Shown: piece after piece, positions 38,297 to 48,190 of the stretch
Layout: each line of letters opens with the position of its first letter
How positions within the stretch are numbered: the stretch's first letter is position 1
From: Bacillota bacterium
Lineage (GTDB): Bacteria > Bacillota > Sulfobacillia > JAJZYS01 > JAJYTV01
NCBI GenBank assembly: GCA_021793315.1
Contig: JAJYSZ010000005.1
Location: 1,470-65,469 of the forward strand
Direction of reading: 5' to 3'
Length of the DNA: 64,000 nt
Translations under genes and position numbers: made by a program
The notes under the pieces: generated by a model
What the model was told of the DNA's origin: nothing
Databases searched by the model: none
What the model saw: only the letters and a program-made list of their open reading frames with translations

Positions 38297-39551
38297 GATC
38301 ACGGTACCGCAGCTTGGCGAGTCGATCGTGGAGGCGACCGTTGGCCGCTGGCTGAAGCATCCCGGTGACGCGGTAGCCGCGGGCGACGCGCTGGTGGAGC
38401 TTGAGACCGACAAGGTCAATCTGGAGGTGCAGGCACAGGCGGCCGGCACCTTGCAGGAGGTGAGGAAGGAGGAGGGGGCCACCGTCGGGATCGGCGAGGT
38501 GCTCGGCACGATCGCCGAGGGCCTGGCCGCTCCTGCAGCTGCCGTTCCTGCGGCGCCGGCTCCCACCACCACCGCCCTGGCAGCCGAAGCCCCCGCGGCT
38601 GCGCCTGGTCCCACATCCCCCGAGGTGCGTCGGGCGGCGCAGGAGATGCAGGTCGATCTGCGTCAGGTGGCGGGCAGCGGCCCGCGCGGCCGCGTGACGC
38701 GCGAGGACGTCGAGCGCACTGCGGCGAGGCTCTCCACGGCACCGGAGTCGGTGATGCCGGCAGCCGCTGCGCCCGCACCGCAGGCGCCGCCCCCGCCGCG
38801 TCCGGCCGCGACCCCGGCGGCCGCTGCCGCGGAGGTATTCGCCGCCCCCTCTGGACGCGAGGAGCGCCGGCGCATGTCGCGCAGGCGCATCACCATCGCG
38901 CGCAGGCTGGTCGAGGCCCAGCATCAGGCTGCGATGCTCACCACCTTTAACGAGGTGGACCTCTCCGCCGTGATGGCTCTGCGCCGCGAGCGGAAAGACG
39001 CGTTCAAGGAGAAGCACGGCGTCTCTCTGGGCCTCATGTCCTTCTTCACCAAGGCGACGGTAAGCGCCCTGAAGGCCTACCCGCACCTGAATGCGGAGAT
39101 CCAGGGCGACGAGATCGTCCTCAAGCACTACTACGACGTCGGCATCGCGGTGTCCACCGACGAAGGCCTCGTGGTGCCCGTGGTGCGCGACGCCGATCGT
39201 CTGAACTTCGCCGGCATCGAACAGGCCATCGCCGAGCTGGCCGAGCGGGCGCGCAGCGGCGCCCTCACCCTCGAGGACCTGCGCGGCGGCACCTTCACCA
39301 TCACGAACGGCGGCGTCTTCGGCTCGCTGCTTTCGACGCCGATCCTCAACGCGCCGCAGGTCGGCATCCTGGGCATGCACGGCATCCAGGAGCGCCCGAT
39401 CGCTGTCAAGGGCGAGATTGTGGTGCGGCCGATGATGTATATCGCCCTCTCCTACGACCATCGCATCGTCGACGGTTCCGTGTCGGTGCGCTTCCTGCGG
39501 CATGTGAAGGATCTCCTGGAAGATCCGACGCAGCTGCTGCTCGAGGGCTGA
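38286..39551 (+). CDS. sucB: Dihydrolipoamide succinyltransferase E2 component
   Basis: Lipoyl domain (ELETDKVNLEV), an Ala/Pro linker, a PSBD (EVRRAAQEMQVDLRQVAGSGPRGRVTREDV) and a catalytic domain with the DHRIVDG motif. GTG start overlaps the sucA end. Confidence 0.9.
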   Translation: MPTEITVPQLGESIVEATVGRWLKHPGDAVAAGDALVELETDKVNLEVQAQAAGTLQEVRKEEGATVGIGEVLGTIAEGLAAPAAAVPAAPAPTTTALAAEAPAAAPGPTSPEVRRAAQEMQVDLRQVAGSGPRGRVTREDVERTAARLSTAPESVMPAAAAPAPQAPPPPRPAATPAAAAAEVFAAPSGREERRRMSRRRITIARRLVEAQHQAAMLTTFNEVDLSAVMALRRERKDAFKEKHGVSLGLMSFFTKATVSALKAYPHLNAEIQGDEIVLKHYYDVGIAVSTDEGLVVPVVRDADRLNFAGIEQAIAELAERARSGALTLEDLRGGTFTITNGGVFGSLLSTPILNAPQVGILGMHGIQERPIAVKGEIVVRPMMYIALSYDHRIVDGSVSVRFLRHVKDLLEDPTQLLLEG

Positions 39552-39559
39552 GACAACGC

Positions 39560-39595
39560 GCCTGCGGCGGCCTGCAGAGGCAGGCCGCCGCAGGC
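39560..39595 (+). terminator. Perfect 15-bp-stem hairpin immediately after sucB
   Basis: gcctgcggcggcctg-cagagg-caggccgccgcaggc followed by ttgcc (no strong U-tract). Confidence 0.45.
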
Positions 39596-40810
39596 TTGCC
39601 GAGGGGGCTGTGGCAAACGGCAGACGGGACGGCGGCGCGCACCGCGGAGCGGCTGAGCTGGCTCGGCTACGCCATTATCGGCCTTATGGCGACGGCCTAC
39701 GGCTCGGCCCTGCCGGAACTCGTCCATCATCTGCGGGCGAGCTACGGGGAGCTCTCGCTGCTTTTCGCCATGCAGTCGCTCGGCAACACCGTGACGTACT
39801 TCTACGCGAACCATCTGGTGGACCGCCAGGGCACGCGCCGGGTGCTGCTGCTCGGTTTCTGGCTTTTCCTCGTCTCCACCGGCCTGCTGCCGGTCATCCC
39901 ACGCTTTTCGATCTGGGTCCTCCTGGCGTTCGTGGCCGGGGTGGCGTTCGCGCTCGTCGACGTCGGCGGTTCGCGGCTGATCTCGGACCTCTACCGCCGG
40001 CAGCAGGCGCAGGCTTTCAATCGCCTCAATCTCTGGTTCGGGGTTGGGGCGATCTCCGCGCCTCTGGCGGTGGGTCTTCTCCATGGCACCGGCCTGCCGG
40101 TCGCGCTGGTGTTCGGCCTTGCCGCCGCGCTCGCCCTGATAGGCGCCCTGGGACTCACGGCGATCAAGGAGCTGCCCGGCGAGCCGGCGCAGCCCGGTCC
40201 TGGCCTGCGCGGCAACTTCGACCTATGGCGCGAGGCGGGCTGGCTGCGCAGCCTGACCTGGCTCGTCTTTCTCTATGTCGCCGCCGAGAGCGGCTTCTCG
40301 GCCTGGATCGCCGCTTTCGTCCATGTCCGCGCGGGCCTGCCCGACGCCATCGCCTCGCTCTATCCTGCCGCCTACCAGGTCGGCCTCACGGTGGTGCGCG
40401 TCCTGATCGGGCCCCGTCTGCCCTTCCTGCGCCTCGAGCGCGTGCTGCTCCTGGGCGGGGCAGCCGCGGTGGGGGCGAGCGGGTTTGTGGTCGCCTTTGG
40501 CCACAGCCCCCTGGTCGTGCTGTTCGGGGCGGGCCTGACGGGTGCATGCCTGGGTCCGGCCTTTCCCATCGTCCTGACGGTGGCGGGTCGAGAGGCCCCA
40601 CGCCGTGAAGGTCAGGCGTTCTTCTTCATCTTCACGTCGTTGGCCGTTGCGGCGCTGGTGGTGCCGTGGGCGGAGGGCCAGATCTTCGCTCAGGTGCCGG
40701 AACTGGCGATGGCTGTCACGTCGGTGCTGGCTGCCGGCATGGCTGTCGCGGCCGCCCGCCTCGGCAGGCAGACGGCAGCTCTGCCGCCGGACGCGTCGGC
40801 TGGAGCATGA
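39596..40810 (+). CDS. MFS transporter
   Basis: About 12 TM segments and an MFS loop motif LVDRQGTRRVLLLGF. The start is uncertain (TTG at 39596 in the track). Confidence 0.65.
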   Translation: MPRGLWQTADGTAARTAERLSWLGYAIIGLMATAYGSALPELVHHLRASYGELSLLFAMQSLGNTVTYFYANHLVDRQGTRRVLLLGFWLFLVSTGLLPVIPRFSIWVLLAFVAGVAFALVDVGGSRLISDLYRRQQAQAFNRLNLWFGVGAISAPLAVGLLHGTGLPVALVFGLAAALALIGALGLTAIKELPGEPAQPGPGLRGNFDLWREAGWLRSLTWLVFLYVAAESGFSAWIAAFVHVRAGLPDAIASLYPAAYQVGLTVVRVLIGPRLPFLRLERVLLLGGAAAVGASGFVVAFGHSPLVVLFGAGLTGACLGPAFPIVLTVAGREAPRREGQAFFFIFTSLAVAALVVPWAEGQIFAQVPELAMAVTSVLAAGMAVAAARLGRQTAALPPDASAGA

Positions 40811-40916
40811 GAAATGAGCGGACCGGCGGCAGCGGGATGGGACCAGATATTGTCTGAAACGGCAGGATCGCGGGCGGCGGAGGCGAACACCCAGAAGGCG
40901 GAGTTCGTCGAGGGCG

Positions 40917-42323
40917 GTGAGCCTGATGACGTGGGATGCACAGCTGCGCCAGGATGCCCGCTGGTGGCGGCGGCAGGTGGTCGGGGTCGAGCATCAGGTG
41001 GAACTCCTGGATGGTCGCCGAACCACGTACGTCAACCTGGACAATGCCGCCGCGACCCCTGTGCTCCACAGCGTCCAGGAGGCCATGCGCTGCGCCGAGG
41101 AGACCTACGCCGGGCCGCACCGCAGCAGCGGCTACAAGGCGAGGCGTACCGCCGAGCTCTACGAGCAGGCACGCGCGGCGGTTCTGCGTTTCGCCGGAGC
41201 CGAAGACGGGCGGCGTATCGCGGTGTTCACGAAGAACACCACGGAGGCCGTGAACAAGCTGGCTGCGGAGTTTCCGCTCGAACCCGGCGACGTCGTCCTG
41301 CTGAGCGAGATGGAACACCATGGTAACCTTTTGCCCTGGCGCGGGCGCGCCGAGCTGGCCTACCTGCCGCTGGACGCCCAGGCACGCCTGAACCTCGCCG
41401 CTCTGCCGGACATGCTGGAGCGCTATGGCGGCAGGGTGCGCCTCGTGGCGATCTGCGGCGCGTCGAACGTCACAGGTTTCGTCAACGATATGCAGGCCGC
41501 GGCCGAGACGGCGCACCGATTCGGCGCCAAGATCTTCGTCGACGCGGCGCAGCTCGCAGCGCACCTCCCCATCCGCATGGGCGCGGCCGGCGACCCGCGG
41601 TCGATTGACTTCCTTTCCTTTACGGCCCAGAAGCTCTATGCGCCGTACGGGGTCGGTGTCCTGATCAGCCCGAAGGAGTTCTTTCGCGAAGGCGCACCGG
41701 ATCTCAAGGGCGGCGGCGCGATCACGTTCGTCAGTCTCGAGGACGTGCTCTGGGAGGACCCGCCGGCGCGCGAGGAGGCGGGCTCGCCGAATGTCCTCGG
41801 TGCGGTCGCGTTGGCAGCCGCCCTGCGCACCATGGAAGCGATCGGCATGGAACGCGTCGCCGCGCGCGAGCAGCAGTTGCTCGGTTACATGCTGGAGAGG
41901 CTCGAGGAGATTCCGGGGCTCGAAGTGCTGGGCAGCCCGAGCCGGGAAGAGCGCGTGGGAACCGTCTCGTTCCTGGTTCACGGCGTGCCTTCCCGGCTGG
42001 TCGCCGCCGCACTCGACTGGGAGTGGGGCATCGGGGTGCGCGCAGGCTACTTTTGCGCCAACCCCTACATGATGCGGCTGCTCGGTTTGAGCCGGCAGGA
42101 GGTTGCGCGCCTGCGGGACCGGGTACGCAGCCGCGGACAGGGCGAGGTGCCCGCCGCCGTGCGGGTGAGCCTTGGCCTCTACAATGTTGAGGAGGAGATC
42201 GATCGCCTGCACGATGCCATTCGTGCGGTCCGCCTGGGCGAGTTCAGGGGTCGTTATGCGCTGGAGCCTGCCACAGGGGAGTATCTGCCGGATGCGACGC
42301 ACGAAGCTGGTAGTACCCTGTAG
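40917..42323 (+). CDS. Aminotransferase class V (SufS/selenocysteine-lyase-like PLP enzyme)
   Basis: TYVNLDNAAATPV, SEMEHHGNLLPW, FVDAAQLAAHLPI, FLSFTAQKLYAPYGVGVLI. It is much longer at the N- and C-termini than IscS. Confidence 0.7.
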   Translation: MSLMTWDAQLRQDARWWRRQVVGVEHQVELLDGRRTTYVNLDNAAATPVLHSVQEAMRCAEETYAGPHRSSGYKARRTAELYEQARAAVLRFAGAEDGRRIAVFTKNTTEAVNKLAAEFPLEPGDVVLLSEMEHHGNLLPWRGRAELAYLPLDAQARLNLAALPDMLERYGGRVRLVAICGASNVTGFVNDMQAAAETAHRFGAKIFVDAAQLAAHLPIRMGAAGDPRSIDFLSFTAQKLYAPYGVGVLISPKEFFREGAPDLKGGGAITFVSLEDVLWEDPPAREEAGSPNVLGAVALAAALRTMEAIGMERVAAREQQLLGYMLERLEEIPGLEVLGSPSREERVGTVSFLVHGVPSRLVAAALDWEWGIGVRAGYFCANPYMMRLLGLSRQEVARLRDRVRSRGQGEVPAAVRVSLGLYNVEEEIDRLHDAIRAVRLGEFRGRYALEPATGEYLPDATHEAGSTL

Positions 42324-42365
42324 GAGAGTGCACGGTCCCGGCCGTGCCACGATGGGAGGCAGGAC

Positions 42366-43463
42366 GTGAAAAGTGTGCCGAAGCTGCGCGAGCAGGTTCC
42401 GCTCGCGCCGCTGACGACGATCCACCTCGGCGGACCCGCCCGTTACTTTGTCGCGGTCCAGACCCGCACGCAGCTTGCCGACGCGCTCGCCTGGGCAGAG
42501 AGCCAGGGCCTGCCGGTACAGCTGCTCGGCGGAGGCAGCAATACCGTGTTTGCCGACGAGGGCTTTGCGGGCCTCGTGCTCCGCGTGGCCGCCAGCGGCT
42601 TCACCTTTCGGGAGGACGCCGGGACTGTCGTCTCGGTCGCGCGGGCCGGGACGGAGTGGGATGACCTGGTGGCGGCCGCGGTGGCGCGGGGACTCGGCGG
42701 CATCGAGTGCCTGTCGGGCATTCCTGGCAGCGTTGGCGCGACACCTGTTCAGAACGTTGGCGCCTATGGCCAGGAAGTTGCGGAGCGCCTTCTCTGGGTG
42801 CGCGTGTTCGAGCGCGGCACGGGAAGGGTGCTGCAGCTGCGAGGCGAGGCGTGCGGCTTCGGCTACCGCCAGAGCCGCTTCAAGAGCGTGGACCATGATC
42901 GCTTTGTCATCCTGAGCGTGGCCTTGCGCCTGACGCCCGGCGCGAGGCCGCACCTCGGCTACCGCGAGGTTGCGGAGCGCGCCGCCGCGGAAGGCGTCGC
43001 GCAACTGCCGGCCGACCAGGCCCTCGCGGCCGTCCGGCGCATCGTGCTCGAACTGCGGCGCGGCAAGGCCATGCTGCGCGACGCGGGCGACGTGAACGCC
43101 CGCTCGGTGGGATCTTTCTTCCTCAACCCCGTGCTGGCGCCCGAGGCGTTCGCGGCGCTGTGCGAGCGCCTTGGCGAGATGGCCAGCGACCTGCCCGCCT
43201 ACCCGGCGCCGGACGGCGTCAAGGTGTCGGCGGCCTGGCTGATCGGTGCCGCCGGATTCCATCGCGGCCAGCGGCAAGCCGGGGTGGGCATCTCGGATCG
43301 CCACGCGCTGGCGCTTGTCAACCGCAGTGGCAGCACGGCCGAGCTGCTCAGTTTCGCGGACGCGATCCGCCGGGGCGTCGCGCAGCAGTTCGGCGTGGCG
43401 CTGCAGCCGGAACCGGTCATCGTGCCGTTCGACCCGCGCCGCGCGAGACCGCGTCAGCCTTAG
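42366..43463 (+). CDS. murB: UDP-N-acetylenolpyruvoylglucosamine reductase
   Basis: LAPLTTIHLGGPARYFV...QLLGGGSNTVFADEGFAGLVLRV (FAD-binding) and the MurB C-terminal domain (RSVGSFFLNP). Confidence 0.85.
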   Translation: MKSVPKLREQVPLAPLTTIHLGGPARYFVAVQTRTQLADALAWAESQGLPVQLLGGGSNTVFADEGFAGLVLRVAASGFTFREDAGTVVSVARAGTEWDDLVAAAVARGLGGIECLSGIPGSVGATPVQNVGAYGQEVAERLLWVRVFERGTGRVLQLRGEACGFGYRQSRFKSVDHDRFVILSVALRLTPGARPHLGYREVAERAAAEGVAQLPADQALAAVRRIVLELRRGKAMLRDAGDVNARSVGSFFLNPVLAPEAFAALCERLGEMASDLPAYPAPDGVKVSAAWLIGAAGFHRGQRQAGVGISDRHALALVNRSGSTAELLSFADAIRRGVAQQFGVALQPEPVIVPFDPRRARPRQP

Positions 43464-43476
43464 GACAGCCGGACAA

Positions 43477-43510
43477 CAAGGCCGCCGTCCCGTTCGGGGA
43501 TCGGCGGCCT
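43477..43510. terminator. Hairpin after murB (candidate bidirectional terminator)
   Basis: aaggccgccg-tcccgttcggggat-cggcggcctt. Confidence 0.4.
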
Positions 43511-43542
43511 TGACCACACGGGGGTATGAAGCAGGGTGACGG

Positions 43543-43659
43543 TTAGCTGAGGTGCAGCGATCGACCCAGCATCAACAGGACGCCGGAGACGCCGAGCACG
43601 GCGAGAAACGATAGCAACAGGGCGTTTTGAAGCAGGTATGATCGGCGGATCGCTCGCAA
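43543..43659 (-). CDS. Candidate small membrane peptide (38 aa)
   Basis: TTG start 7 nt after a GAGGTG RBS encodes MRAIRRSYLLQNALLLSFLAVLGVSGVLLMLGRSLHLS (basic N-terminus plus one TM). It sits between the glpD terminator hairpin and the murB hairpin. Confidence 0.3.
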   Translation of the reverse strand: MRAIRRSYLLQNALLLSFLAVLGVSGVLLMLGRSLHLS

Positions 43660-43678
43660 TTCCAATCACCTCGGAAAG

Positions 43679-43700
43679 CTCAGTTGCCCTTCGGACTGAG
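43679..43700 (-). terminator. Hairpin downstream of glpD
   Basis: On the minus strand CUCAGUCCGAAGGGCAACUGAG is followed by CUUUCC. Confidence 0.4.
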
Positions 43701-43737
43701 TAAAGCATAGACCGCCAACTTAAAGGCTGTCTGAAGC

Positions 43738-45366
43738 TCACCTGAGAATCTCATCAGAGTGCGGGGCGCGCCAGGCCAGCATTTCGGTTTCGAGACGCCG
43801 TACCGCGTCCATTTCCGCCTCGCGCCTGGCCTGAGACCAGCCGAGCAGCCGGCCCATCTCCTCGGCATCCGCCTTGAGATGCAGCAGGGCAAAGTCGCCA
43901 CCGAAGAGCAGCCGCTCGCTGCGGCGGCGGTAGACGTCCACGAGATGCAGCGCGAATTCCTCGGCGACGGCGAAGCGGAGCATGGCGCGATCGAGGCTGA
44001 AGTGCAGGTCTCCGGGGCCGAAGCCGAGCGCCAGCACCGAGACCGCCTCGTCGCCGTAGGGACCGAGGCGCTCCATGAGATCGGCCAGTCGCACCCCGGT
44101 GCGGCGGGCGGCCTGGCGCCAGAGGTCTGGGGACATGGTCTGTCCCCGTGCGCCGGGCAGCGGCGCGCGGCTCTCGCCGGCCGCCGCGTCCCTGCTCGAG
44201 CCGGGGAAGATGCGATCCACGATGCGTTCGGCCATGGCGCGAAAGGCGGTGAGCTTGCCGCCAACGACGACGTGCATGCCCTCCTGCACCTCGACCAGGC
44301 GGTCCTCGCGCGAGACCCGGCTGGCGCTCCGGCTGCGGTGGGGACGCGCGAGGGGGCGGACGCCGCGCCACGCACCGATCACGTCGTGCTGTCCCAGATG
44401 TGCCTCCGGGAAGGTGCGAACAGCCGCCGCCAGGACGTACTCCGCCTCGGCCGCTGGCACCCTGGCCCCGTCAAGCTCCTCCGTGATGACGTCGGTGGTG
44501 CCGATATAGGACTGTGTTCCATGCGGCACGGCAAACATCATGCGGCCATCCGCGCCGCGCATGACGCAGGCGGCCGGCAGCGGCAGGCGGCCGCTGCGCA
44601 GCGCGAGGTGCGTGCCTGCGCTGCGGCGCACGAGTTTCGGCTGGCCAGGGGCCATCAGGCCCAGGACCTCGTCGGTCCAGGGCCCGGCTGCCACCAGCAC
44701 CCGGCGGGCGCGCAGGAGGATCGTAGCGCCGCTCTCCTCGTCGCGGCAGCTCAGGCAATGGAACTCGCCCTCGCGGGACCAGGAGCGCACGGGGGCGTAG
44801 TTCAGAAGCATGGCGCCACGGGCGGCTGCATCGCGCAGCACCGTTACCGTGAGCCTCGCGTCGTCGGTATGGGCATCGAGATAGCGCGCGCCTCCTTGAA
44901 GGCCGTCCCGGCGCAGGAGCGGTAGCGCCTCGAGGAGATCCTGCGGCGTGAGGCGCAGGTCGATGTCGTCCGCCGAGGCGCTGCTCAGGCGGCCGTAGAG
45001 GGAAACCCCGACGCGCACCAGCCAGAGCGGATCCGGATCGCCGCGGTAGATCGGGAAGTAGAAGGGCAGGCCGCGCACGAGGTGCGGCGCCATGACCTGG
45101 CGCAGGAGCTCGCGCTCGGCAAGGGATTCCCGCACCAGCCGCACGTCGCCAAGACGCAGGTAGCGGAGCCCGCCGTGGATCAGCCGGGTCGACCGGCTCG
45201 AGGTGCCGGACGCGAAGTCCCTGGCCTCGCAGAGACCGACCGCAAGTCCGCGCAGACTGGCTTCCCGCGCTACGCCTGCGCCCGTGATGCCGCCGCCGAC
45301 CACGGCGAGGTCGAAGATCTCCGTCTGGGCCCGGCGGAGCCAATGCTCGCGCGGCGGGGCGCTCAC
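43738..45366 (-). CDS. glpD: FAD-dependent glycerol-3-phosphate dehydrogenase
   Basis: GTG start (GTGA overlap with the glpK stop). FDLAVVGGGITGAGVAREASLRGLAVGLCEARDFASGTSSRSTRLIHGGLRYL is a classic GlpD N-terminus. The track ORF has an Arg-rich 5' read-through. Confidence 0.85.
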   Translation of the reverse strand: MSAPPREHWLRRAQTEIFDLAVVGGGITGAGVAREASLRGLAVGLCEARDFASGTSSRSTRLIHGGLRYLRLGDVRLVRESLAERELLRQVMAPHLVRGLPFYFPIYRGDPDPLWLVRVGVSLYGRLSSASADDIDLRLTPQDLLEALPLLRRDGLQGGARYLDAHTDDARLTVTVLRDAAARGAMLLNYAPVRSWSREGEFHCLSCRDEESGATILLRARRVLVAAGPWTDEVLGLMAPGQPKLVRRSAGTHLALRSGRLPLPAACVMRGADGRMMFAVPHGTQSYIGTTDVITEELDGARVPAAEAEYVLAAAVRTFPEAHLGQHDVIGAWRGVRPLARPHRSRSASRVSREDRLVEVQEGMHVVVGGKLTAFRAMAERIVDRIFPGSSRDAAAGESRAPLPGARGQTMSPDLWRQAARRTGVRLADLMERLGPYGDEAVSVLALGFGPGDLHFSLDRAMLRFAVAEEFALHLVDVYRRRSERLLFGGDFALLHLKADAEEMGRLLGWSQARREAEMDAVRRLETEMLAWRAPHSDEILR

Positions 45367-46841
45367 GACCTGAGCCCCCGTGCGCTGACCACGGCCTGGC
45401 GCCAGCGCAGGCGGTCGAGTTCTCGCTGGGCGGCGGGTGTGCCCGGCGCAAAAGCCTCGCGCGGGCCGACGAAGTCCGGCAGGTCCTCTGTGCGGAGCAG
45501 GCCGGCGCCGACGCCGGCCACCATCGCCGCGCCGCGCGCCGTCGCCTCGTGGTCCAGGCTGCGCAGCACGGCAAGGCCGGACAGATCCGCCAGCAGCTGC
45601 GGCAGTAGGGCGCTGCGTGCGACGCCACCGTCGATGCGCAGCTCCCGCAGCGGCGCTCCCAGGTCTTCCCGGATGGCATCCGTGAGATCCGCAGCCTGCT
45701 GCGCCATCGCTTCGAAGGCAGCTCTGGCCAGCACGCTGCGGTCGCTTGAGCGCGTGAGGCCCCAGATGGCGCCGCGCATCTCCGGCTCCCACCAGGGAGC
45801 GCCCAGTCCCTGGTGCGATGGGATGATCACGGCGCCGTGCCCGGCCTCGGCCGTGAGAGCGAGGCGATCGAGCTCGGCGGGCGAGTTGGCGATGCCGAGG
45901 TCGATCAGCCAGTCGATCAGGGCGCCCGCCATGAACACGCTGCCTTCGAGCGCGTAGGTCGGCCCTTGGCCGAAGTCCCAGGCGACGGTCGTGAGCAGGC
46001 CGTGCGTGGAGCGACAGGGGGTTTGGCCCGTGCAGGCGAGCAGGAAGGCGCCTGTGCCGAAGGTGTCCTTGGCGTCTCCCGGCAGCAGGCAGCCCTGTCC
46101 AAGCAGCGCAGCCTGCTGGTCACCGAGCATTCCTGTCACGGGCAGCGGCCGCCCGAACAGGGCCGGGTCGGTCTGGCCGAAGTCGTGGGCGGAGGGCTGC
46201 ACCGGCGGTAGCAGCGAGTCCGGCAGGGAAAAAGCGTCGAAAAGGTCCCGACTGAACTGCGCCCGCTGGAGGTCGTAGAGCAGGGTTCGGCTTGCGTTGC
46301 TCGCTTCCGTCGCCCACGCCCTGCCAGCCGTTAGACGATAGAGAAGCCAGCTGTCCACCGTGCCGGCCAGCAGCCGCCCCCGCAGGGCGGCGTCCCGCAG
46401 TTCCGGCCGCTCGCGCAGAAGCCAGCTCAGCTTGCTGGCCGTGAAGTAGGGGTCGAGGCGCAGCCCCGTGCGCTCGCAGACAGCCGCGGCGGTGTCGGCA
46501 AGCTCCTGGCAGATCGCCTGCCCGCGCCGGTCTTGCCAGACGATGGCCGGCGCCAAAGCCTGCCCGGTCTCGCGGTCCCAGACGACGAGGGTTTCGCGCT
46601 GGTTGGTGATGCCTACGGCCTTCAGGTCGCGCGGGTCGACCTTGCCGGCCCTGATCGCGTCGCGTGCTGCCTGGACGGTGCTCTCGAAGATCTCCTCGGG
46701 ATCCTGCTCCACCCAGCCCGGCAGTGGGCAGGAGGTCTTGAGCGGCACCACGCGGCTCGCCAGTGCCTGCCCCTCCAGATTGAAGATCACCGCGCGCGAG
46801 GCGTGGGTGCCCTGGTCGATCGCGAGCAGGCAGTCCGGCAC
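45363..46841 (-). CDS. glpK: Glycerol kinase (FGGY family)
   Basis: LLAIDQGTHASRAVIF, GITNQRETLVVWD, LDPYFTASKLSWLL, GDQQAALLGQG, GTGAFLL. Confidence 0.85.
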   Translation of the reverse strand: MPDCLLAIDQGTHASRAVIFNLEGQALASRVVPLKTSCPLPGWVEQDPEEIFESTVQAARDAIRAGKVDPRDLKAVGITNQRETLVVWDRETGQALAPAIVWQDRRGQAICQELADTAAAVCERTGLRLDPYFTASKLSWLLRERPELRDAALRGRLLAGTVDSWLLYRLTAGRAWATEASNASRTLLYDLQRAQFSRDLFDAFSLPDSLLPPVQPSAHDFGQTDPALFGRPLPVTGMLGDQQAALLGQGCLLPGDAKDTFGTGAFLLACTGQTPCRSTHGLLTTVAWDFGQGPTYALEGSVFMAGALIDWLIDLGIANSPAELDRLALTAEAGHGAVIIPSHQGLGAPWWEPEMRGAIWGLTRSSDRSVLARAAFEAMAQQAADLTDAIREDLGAPLRELRIDGGVARSALLPQLLADLSGLAVLRSLDHEATARGAAMVAGVGAGLLRTEDLPDFVGPREAFAPGTPAAQRELDRLRWRQAVVSARGLRS

Positions 46842-46923
46842 AGCAGCACCTCCCGACGTTCAGGCTCCGCGCTTGCATTGTAGCGCCGCCGCGGCCATCG
46901 CGGCACCGCTGCCTTGAGCAACG

Positions 46924-46953
46924 AGCAAGGGCCCGGCATCTGCCGGGCCCTTG
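46924..46953 (-). terminator. 13-bp-stem hairpin downstream of the RRM gene / upstream of glpK
   Basis: gcaagggcccggc-atct-gccgggcccttgc. Confidence 0.45.
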
Positions 46954-46963
46954 CGATCAGAGG

Positions 46964-47230
46964 CTAGTACCGACGGGGCCGCTCCTCGCGGGGGCGCGCC
47001 TCGTTCACGGTAAGCTGCCGTCCCTGCCAGTCCGCGCCGTTCAGCGCCTCGATGACGGCTTCCGCCTTGTCGGCGGGAACCTCCACGAAGCCGAACCCAC
47101 GCGAGCGGCCGGTCTCCCGGTCGGTCGCGATACGCGCCGCCAGGACCTCGGCATACTGTGACACCGCCTGCTGCAGGTCCTCACTGGTAACGGACCAGGG
47201 CAGGTTTCCGACATAGATCGTCTTCTGCAC
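46964..47230 (-). CDS. RRM-domain RNA-binding protein
   Basis: GTG start after an AAGGAG RBS. IYVGNLPWSVTSEDL (RNP2) and RGFGFVEV (RNP1) define a single RRM with an Arg-rich tail. Confidence 0.75.
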   Translation of the reverse strand: MQKTIYVGNLPWSVTSEDLQQAVSQYAEVLAARIATDRETGRSRGFGFVEVPADKAEAVIEALNGADWQGRQLTVNEARPREERPRRY

Positions 47231-47329
47231 GTCTCTGCACTCCTTTCGAAACCGTATTCGCCAGGAAGTGCACGGAGACATGGCATCGTGTACGGCCGTG
47301 GATCCATACCAACTCCTAAAGCGACACGA

Positions 47330-48190
47330 TCAATATACTGTGCGGGCAGGATTTTGGCAAGGTGGAACAGGCCCCCGGCCAAAGCTGCCAAGTACCCGGC
47401 ATGAAGTCGCAACGGCCGAGAGTTCCTTGAGGGCCTGGTCCAGCTCGGCGTCGTCGGCGCGGCGGTCGACGTCCAGGTAGAAGACGTAGGCGAACGGGCT
47501 CCGCTGGTCGGGACGCGACTCGAGCTGGGAGAGGTTGCAGCGGTGGCGCGCGAAGGGTTCGAGGCAGCGGTAGAGGGACCCGGGCTCGTTCGGCACGGTG
47601 AAGGCCACGAGACAACGCCCCGGGCCCGGGTCAAGGATCGGTGGCCTACCGACGGCGACAAAGCGCGTGACGTTGTCGTCACGATCCTCGATGCCCTCCG
47701 CCAGAACCATAAGACCGAAGAGTTCCGCCGCGCGGCGCGACGCGATGGCGGCGGCTGTGCGGTCGCCCAGCCGGGCCAGCTCCTGCGCGCTGCCGGCCGT
47801 ATCGTAGGCGCTCTCCGGCGTGATGGCATGGCGTTCGAGGAAAGTGCGGCACTGGGCGAGTGCCTGCGGGTGGGAGTAGGCGGCGCGGATCTCTTCGAGG
47901 GCCGCGCCGGGCAAGCCAAGGAGACAGTGGCGCACCCTCAGCAGGAATTCTCCGGTCACCGGATAGGCGTGCTCCAGCAGAAGATCGTAGGTTTCGACGA
48001 TGGTGCCGGCCCGAGAATTCTCGACGGGGACGGCCGCCGCATCCGCTTCGCCCGCCTCTAGGGCCGCGAAGGTGTCCCGCAGGGTGCGGCGCGGCACGAT
48101 GGCCGATTCAGGCCCGTAGAGCGCCAGCGCTGCCTGCTCGCTGTAGGCGCCGCGTTCCCCTTGGATCGCCACGCGGACGGGGGGCGTCAC
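47330..48190 (-). CDS. pheA: Prephenate dehydratase
   Basis: PDT domain ([15 protein letters not shown]...TRFVAVG) plus a C-terminal ACT domain with ESRP ([21 protein letters not shown]). GTG start in a GTGA overlap with the upstream aroA stop. Confidence 0.85.
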   Translation of the reverse strand: MTPPVRVAIQGERGAYSEQAALALYGPESAIVPRRTLRDTFAALEAGEADAAAVPVENSRAGTIVETYDLLLEHAYPVTGEFLLRVRHCLLGLPGAALEEIRAAYSHPQALAQCRTFLERHAITPESAYDTAGSAQELARLGDRTAAAIASRRAAELFGLMVLAEGIEDRDDNVTRFVAVGRPPILDPGPGRCLVAFTVPNEPGSLYRCLEPFARHRCNLSQLESRPDQRSPFAYVFYLDVDRRADDAELDQALKELSAVATSCRVLGSFGRGPVPPCQNPARTVY

